From: Candidatus Bipolaricaulota bacterium
GTDB lineage: Bacteria; Bipolaricaulota; Bipolaricaulia; M55B111
Assembly: GCA_021735245.1 (NCBI GenBank)
Contig: JAIPHJ010000002.1
Span: 26,017-90,016 of the forward strand
DNA length: 64,000 nt
Reading direction: 5' to 3'
This document shows positions 58,312 through 64,000 of the stretch, one piece after another. The notes under the pieces were generated by a model. It saw nothing but the letters and a program-made list of their open reading frames with translations, ran no database searches and had not been told where the DNA came from. The translations under genes and the position numbers were made by a program. The stretch's first letter is position 1. Each line of letters begins with the position of its first letter.

Positions 58312-58470
58312 TTACCCTCCGGAGAAGCGAGAGACTTACTTAATTTAATAAATAAAGTCTAACCAGAGTTGAAATAATTGCAACCAAAACTCCGGTTCTG
58401 GAAAAATTAGGCAGGCAACATAAGTTTTGTCCGTTTCCCTGCTCCATACCGGACCGTTTGTCGTGTATGA

Positions 58471-58783
58471 ATGTGAAAAAGGGGTCTCCTCCTCATTAAG
58501 AATAGAATGATCAAATTATAAAAGGAGGAGAAAACCCCATGACCGATGAAAGTATAGAATTAGAAGAGTTTGACAAACCGTTGAATGAAATGCTTAAGAA
58601 CAGGGTTAAGGAACGACTTGAAAAGATAATGGAGGCCGAAAGAGAGGCCTTCCTTTCTGAAGAAAACCCGAAGACGTTGCCAACGGCTACTACAACCGGG
58701 GCCAGGAAACCAGGTTCGGCGAAATAGAGGATCTGGAGGACCCAAAACAGGTTGATCTCCTAACAGTGAGCCAAATTTATTAA
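58471..58783 (+). mobile_element. IS256-family transposase 5' fragment (frameshifted and truncated)
   Basis: ORF 58539-58727 reads ..LEKIMEAEREAFLSEE... The shifted frame gives ANGYYNRGQETRFGEIEDLEDPK (IS256 NGYY..R...T..G.I signature), then ends at 58783. About 85 of roughly 400 codons are present. Confidence 0.6.
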
Positions 58784-58817
58784 CGTTCACATAAGAATCC
58801 CCTTAAAGAGGGCACCG

Positions 58818-59339
58818 TTATTCGGGCTCGAAAGTTGACTCCTCAATGGGTTCGTTGACGGATATCTCATATAGCTTGACTTCCTCTTCCTCTCCTTCTT
58901 CTACTTCCATTATGGTATACGTTTCTTCTCCTTCGACCCCAAGCCAAAAAGCCACACCCTTTTCATTTAGAAATGGGTTCCTCATCTTTTTCCACATGGC
59001 CTCTCCATTGGGAATTTCCTGCCACTTACCACCGGTACTTTCTATATCCCTGTAAAAGACTCTCTTTTCCTTATCCATTATCCACTCCTGCAGTACTTTA
59101 TCTTCGTCTTTACTGGTTGTGGTCATTCGGAATAGCTCGTTTTCGGTGTTAATATTGTCGAACCAGTACTCGGTTACCGCTGGTTCCCCCCTGACAGTTC
59201 CGTCAATTTTGAAATTTAAGCTATCCAAACTTTTACCCGTATCCTCCTCAGAAGCCACAATGTTAGGGCCGACAACTAGGACCGCGACGGCCAACAGGAA
59301 AACTATTGTAGCCGTCGAAAGTTGATTTAATTTAGTCAA
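58818..59339 (-). CDS. Exported protein, possibly LolA-like/DUF4367 fold
   Basis: 173-aa ORF with a signal peptide. C-terminal ..YEISVNEPIEESTFEPE resembles LolA-like family endings (weak). Confidence 0.45.
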   Translation of the reverse strand: MTKLNQLSTATIVFLLAVAVLVVGPNIVASEEDTGKSLDSLNFKIDGTVRGEPAVTEYWFDNINTENELFRMTTTSKDEDKVLQEWIMDKEKRVFYRDIESTGGKWQEIPNGEAMWKKMRNPFLNEKGVAFWLGVEGEETYTIMEVEEGEEEEVKLYEISVNEPIEESTFEPE

Positions 59340-59775
59340 CGGTAAAACCCCCTATTTTATCGATGCCATTTGAAAGAGATGAATAGCGAATAATCAAAGA
59401 ACTAAAGTTACAATATAACTTCCGTAAAATAAATGCAAGATTTGGGGTTCCTGGCCTGGGCCGTTTTGACAATTCATTATTTAAGGGAGAAGATGCGTTT
59501 GTTTTGGCACTCTGTTAAGTCACCCCGGTCTGAGTCGATCTTTAGTATATCAAATCTTCCCTGCCTCGACTGTCGTACGTGAAGTTTATTACTAACCCAA
59601 TGTAGTCCCTTATTTTCGGCTGAAGTGTTAATCTTCTTAGACGCTATGTCGTCCACATATTCGGAAAATAGCATGCTCTCAGAACAATTCTATGTGGTTT
59701 AAACGATCCGGCGGGTTAAATTTCGATTATTTTCCCGTGTGGTATATAATACCGGTAGACAAAGGAGGCAAATTT

Positions 59776-61113
59776 ATGTTTACGGGAAATCCAGAAAAAA
59801 GTAGTAATAAGGCTTTATCAATTCTCCTGGCGGCCTTGGTGGTTTTTACCTGTGTCTATTCGACCCAATCCGTTTTGGCCGAGAGCGAGGGAGTAACCGA
59901 TTCGAGTTACTTTGAATTTGATTCCGAAGCAGGGGCAATAACGGGGTATGAGGTTGCTGGAGGGTCGGACGTAGTTATCCCTTCTAAAATAGACGGGGTA
60001 GATGTGAAAGAAATTGGATTGAAGGCATTCACCGACACTGACTTAACCTCGGTCGAGATCCCGGATGGCGTGGAGGAAATTAAGGCGTGGGCGTTCAGTG
60101 TTAACGACCTGACTTCAGTTGAGATACCGAACAGCATTAAAGAAATTGGAATGCAGGCGTTTGCTGAGAATAACCTGGAAACAGCTGAGTTGGTCGAGGG
60201 ACTGGAAGTGATCGGAAGGGGCGCGTTCAGCGTTAACGAGATTGTCTCGATTGATATCCCGGACAGCGTAAGAGAAATTGGGTTGGGGGCATTCTATGGT
60301 AACGACCTTAATTCAGTTGATATACCGCGAAGGGTTAAAAAAATTGGAAAGCAGGCCTTTCATAAAAATAAGTTGAGTTCAGTTGAGATAGGGGATGGCG
60401 TGGAAGTAATCGGAGCAGCCGCATTTCAGGACAATAATCTCACCTCCGTAAAAATACCGGACAGTGTTAAAGAAATTAGAGGGGGAGCATTTGCGAAAAA
60501 TGATCTGCCTTCTGTCGATATACCCAGTAGCCTGGAAATGCTCGGGACGGCGGCATTTTACGGTAACAACCTGTCCTCCGTGAAGATTCCAGCTGGTTTA
60601 AGAAAGATCGCAGAGAGGGCTTTTGCAGTCAATAATTTAGCCTCGATAAAGATACCCGACAGGGTTGAAGCCATAGGAAAGGGAGGGTTTGCGAAAAACG
60701 CCCTAACCTCGGTAAATATGGGAGAAAGTTTGGAAGTGATCGGAGAATTGGCATTCTATGACAATGATCTAACATCTATAAAGCTGCCGGGTAGGGTAAA
60801 AGAAATCCGTAGAGGGGCCTTTCAAAAAAATAATTTGTCTTCTGTTGTAATACCTAATAGCGTGGAGGTAATTGGAGAAGCGGCATTCTACAAAAATGGC
60901 CTGACCTCAATAAAGCTACCGAGTAGCGTGAAAACGATCGGAGAAGGGGCATTCTATAACGGCGACTTAACCTCGGTCGAGATAGGAGAAAGTGTGGACG
61001 TAGCTGGAAATTCATTCCAGGGTAATTTTATAGAAGTTTACACAGAGAATAATAAATCAGCGGGAGTATACGAACGAGATAATGCAGATAGCGACTGGTA
61101 TAAACAGGGGTGA
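59776..61113 (+). CDS. Exported leucine-rich-repeat protein (BspA-type LRR)
   Basis: Start at ATG 59776 (AAAGGAGG SD, signal peptide). About 15 repeats of ..L.SV.IP..V..IG..AF..N. Confidence 0.85.
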   Translation: MFTGNPEKSSNKALSILLAALVVFTCVYSTQSVLAESEGVTDSSYFEFDSEAGAITGYEVAGGSDVVIPSKIDGVDVKEIGLKAFTDTDLTSVEIPDGVEEIKAWAFSVNDLTSVEIPNSIKEIGMQAFAENNLETAELVEGLEVIGRGAFSVNEIVSIDIPDSVREIGLGAFYGNDLNSVDIPRRVKKIGKQAFHKNKLSSVEIGDGVEVIGAAAFQDNNLTSVKIPDSVKEIRGGAFAKNDLPSVDIPSSLEMLGTAAFYGNNLSSVKIPAGLRKIAERAFAVNNLASIKIPDRVEAIGKGGFAKNALTSVNMGESLEVIGELAFYDNDLTSIKLPGRVKEIRRGAFQKNNLSSVVIPNSVEVIGEAAFYKNGLTSIKLPSSVKTIGEGAFYNGDLTSVEIGESVDVAGNSFQGNFIEVYTENNKSAGVYERDNADSDWYKQG

Positions 61114-61382
61114 GGATTACACTTTAAAAACAATATTAACTAAACCTAGCTCCTCACCTACATTACTCAGTATTCTGCCCTACTGGTATGATAAATCTTA
61201 TCCCAGGGAAAGTGGAGAGTTTGCTTGGGAGCTTAAGTGTGGAGATCGTGGTAACGATATTGCCTAACGAGATAAATTTAAATCTGCTGAAGAACTTCAG
61301 GCTTACGTTTTGGAAGAAAATGAAAGAACTCCCTGTGAGGAGACACGTGATTGGCGGGCTGGATATAAAGGTCTTTGGTTAA

Positions 61383-61495
61383 GATTTCCGTACCACTTTA
61401 CGTTCTAATCTCTGCCAATAATATCATTTTTCGTTAACACTTGATCCTCCGATTTCACTGACAAATTTGGATATATCCCTCTTGTAACCTATAAT
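61383..61495 (+). promoter_or_regulatory. Repeated promoter module, copy 3
   Basis: GATTTCCGTACCACTTTACGTTCTAATCTCT. TTGGAT (61467-61472), 17 nt, TATAAT (61490-61495), 48 nt before ATG 61544. Confidence 0.6.
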
Positions 61496-61543
61496 CCTAT
61501 TCTATTTGCGCCTCAATCGGATCAGAGGTATTTTTATACTACA

Positions 61544-63235
61544 ATGAACCTACAAATACGAAGGGACGTCATAAAGGTAGCCGCCCTGTTGGGGGCTTTT
61601 ATCTGGGTAATGGACGGAGTCCTGGATTATTTATTCTTCATGGAAGGTTCCCTTTTAGGCCTCACCTTTACAAACATCCCCCCACACGAGCTGTACATAA
61701 GGATCTTCTGGTTCAGTGGCCTGTTAGTCATTGGCATTTTTGCCTCCCGGTTAATTGATGACAGGGAAAAGGCTTTGGCCGATAAAGAGGAGCTGGAGTC
61801 CCTCCTCCGGGCGGTCCGGAACGTAAACCAGTTGCTCGTCAGAGAGGAGGACGAGGAGAAGTTAATCCAGAGAGCCTGCGAGGAGTTAATCGAGGCTCGA
61901 GGTTATGAACACGTCTGGGTGGCCCTGCTTGATGAATCCAGGAATTTGACCGCTGCTGCCCAGGAAGGGGTGGGAGAGGAGTTCGAGGAGTTACTGGAAC
62001 GTATCGAAGCCGGCCGGTCCCCTGCTTGCATAAAGGAACCGCTGGCCGACTCAAAAGTTTTTACCGTAAAGGACCCTTCTTCTACCTGCAAAGATTGCCC
62101 TCTGTCCGAAAGCTACAAGGATCATTGAGCGATCAACGTGAGGCTGGAATACAATGGAGTGGTCTACGGGCTCCTTTCTGCCTCCGCCCCTGCTCACCTC
62201 CTTGAGGATGATGAAGAAAGGGAGCTGATCGAGGAGGTAGCGGGCGACATCGGGTTCGCCCTTCACGAGCTGGAGATTGAAAAGGGTCTAAAAAGGAGCG
62301 AAAAGAAGTTCCGGAGTTACGTAGAGAACGCCCCAGTGGGAGTATTTATCGTCGATGAAAAGGGCAACTACCTCGAAGTCAATGAGACCGCCTGCAATAT
62401 TACCGGTTATTCAGAAGAGGAACTGCTCGAAATGAACGTAGCGGACCTTCAACTACCGGAAGTTATAGATGATATCCGGGAATCTTTCCAGGAACTTCTG
62501 GAAACAGGGGAAATGAAAGGGGAGCTCCCCTATTTGCGGAAGGATGGAAGCAAGGGGTACTTCGTAGTAAACGCCGTTAGGATATCGGGGGACCGTTACC
62601 TCGGATACACCCTTGATATAACGAAGAGAAAAGAGGCTGAGAAGAAGTTAGAACGGGCTACCTTAGGTACCCTACAGGCACTCAACCGAACTATTGAAGC
62701 CAAAGACGAATATACCGGAGAACACATAGACCGGGTACAGGAAATATCAGTAGAGGTGGGCAAAAAGATGGGGTTGTCGGAAGAAAGGATGGAACAGATC
62801 CGCTATGCTTCTATCCTCCACGATATAGGTAAGCTAGGGGTACCTGATTCGATCCTCGGCAAGCCGGGGGAATTAACTAAAGAAGAGTGGAAAGAGATGG
62901 AAAAACATCCACAGATAGGGGAAAGGATCGTCGGTCAAGTCGATCAGCTAAGCCGAGCAGCCAAAATAATCGGCCAGCATCAAGAACATTACGACGGGTC
63001 CGGCTATCCTGAGGGACTTGAAGGAGAAGAGATAACGCTGGAAGCAAGGATCGTCGCCGTAGCCGATGCCTGGGACGCCATGCGAACGGACCGGCCCTAC
63101 AGGGAGGCGCTGCCAAAGGAGAAAGCCGTCAGCGAGCTGAAGGAAAACGCCGGGACCCAGTTCGATCCCCGGATAGTAGAAATCGTCCTTGATATGGTGA
63201 AGGGTGAAGAAGTAGATTTGATTAAACCCTCGTAA
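61544..63235 (+). pseudogene. TM - GAF-like - PAS - HD-GYP sensor; single frame interrupted by an in-frame TGA (62126-62128)
   Basis: ORFs 61544-62128 and 62138-63235 are in the same frame: ..CKDCPLSESYKDH-TGA-AINVRLEYNGVVYGLLSASAP... The GAF-like domain spans the stop. HDIGK and HQEHYDGSGYP lie downstream. Confidence 0.7.
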
Positions 63236-63254
63236 CAAATTAGAGGTTATATAG

Positions 63255-64000
63255 ATGAACAAGGCTACTACAACAGAAGAAGCTTTTCGTTCGCTTATAG
63301 AGGCTTCTCCGCTTGCTGTATTCGACCTGGACCCGCAAGGCCGGGTGAAATCGATATGGAACGAAGCCGCCGAGAATATATTTGGGTGGAAGAAAGAGGA
63401 AGTGCTCGGGAACCGTCTCCCGATCATTACCGAAGAGAAACAAGCGGAATTCGATAGATTAAGGGAGAAAGTACTATCAGGGGACTCCTTTTCCGGAGTG
63501 GAGGTAAAGCACGAAAGTAAGGACGGCTCAACTATAGACGTAAGCGTATCCACCGCCCCGATCCACGACAGGTCGGGCCAGGTGGTAGGAATAATGGCGT
63601 TAGTCGAGGAGGTCACGGCCAGAAAGGAACTGGAGAGGTCTATCGAGAAAAGAGAGAAGAAGTTCAGGGAAATATTCAACAATGCAAACGACGCCCTGTA
63701 CTTTCAGGAGTTGACCGAGAACCTGGAAGCCGGCAAGTTCCTGGAGGTAAACGACAGGGCCTGTGAAATGCTCGGCTACAGCAGGGAAGAGCTGCTCGAA
63801 ATGACTCCCCGGGAAATAGACGCCGGCGAAGAGGTAGACGTAGAGGGAATAACGGAAGAACTTGCCTCGAAAGGGCATTTGACTTTTGAAACCGCCCACG
63901 AAGCCAAAGACGGGACCCGGATCCCGGTGGAGATAAGCTCCCATTTCTTTAAGCTGGATGAGAAAAATCGTGTCCTCTCGATAGCAAGAGATATTTCCGA
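63255..64000 (+). CDS. Multi-PAS sensor protein, 5' part (runs off the right edge)
   Basis: ATG 63255, open to nt 64000 (MNKATTTEEAFRSLIEASPLAVFDLDPQGRV..., two PAS units). Absent from the track because no stop is reached. Minus-strand ORFs 62948-63682 and 63600-63944 are antisense artefacts. Confidence 0.8.
   Translation, partial: MNKATTTEEAFRSLIEASPLAVFDLDPQGRVKSIWNEAAENIFGWKKEEVLGNRLPIITEEKQAEFDRLREKVLSGDSFSGVEVKHESKDGSTIDVSVSTAPIHDRSGQVVGIMALVEEVTARKELERSIEKREKKFREIFNNANDALYFQELTENLEAGKFLEVNDRACEMLGYSREELLEMTPREIDAGEEVDVEGITEELASKGHLTFETAHEAKDGTRIPVEISSHFFKLDEKNRVLSIARDIS

Noticed and set aside
62126-62128. Alternative genetic code (TGA as Trp or Gly) to explain the in-frame TGA
   Set aside because: Many well-supported genes in the window end at TGA at the expected position (hup 9269-9271, 38385-38387, 39092-39094, 44644-44646), so TGA is a normal stop in this genome.
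62948-63944. Minus-strand ORFs 62948-63682 and 63600-63944
   Set aside because: They are antisense to the HD-GYP gene's 3' end and to the clear PAS-domain ORF starting at 63255, which the track misses because it runs off the edge.

Overview
Bacterial chromosomal window, judged from HU, ClpP, trigger factor, PepF, ferritin and MalEFG. The proteins are strikingly acidic, which may indicate a halophile (inference only). All domain calls come from motif recognition by eye; no search was run. The window has two parts. (1) nt 1-25.7 kb is a mosaic, mostly minus-strand accessory or mobile region. It ends at a tyrosine integrase (24539-25519) that abuts a tRNA-Arg(UCG)-like 3' fragment (25597-25671). 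It holds two more small tyrosine-recombinase genes (one fused to a LAGLIDADG endonuclease domain), PKD/FxLYD-type lipoproteins, a pentapeptide-repeat K+ channel and an EVE-like/DUF805/PKD fusion. It also has short repeat blocks dispersed between unrelated genes, two long palindromes and many interrupted reading frames. (2) nt 25.8-64 kb looks core-like. It has paralogous c-di-GMP genes (two PAS-GAF-GGDEF, two HD-GYP) linked to a promoter module present three times, plus clpP-tig, pepF, ferritin and tRNA-Val. A maltodextrin/glycogen cluster (GH13, GlgP-like, MalEFG, split GH57, ROK) is bracketed by two IS256-family remnants, and an LRR protein follows. The most system-like candidate is a seven-gene operon (36299-41879). 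It encodes a Sec-exported glycine-zipper protein with an internal double-glycine motif, a strong hairpin, three small polytopic membrane proteins, an exported stand-alone C39-like cysteine peptidase, a beta-rich exported protein and a DUF3857/transglutaminase protein.
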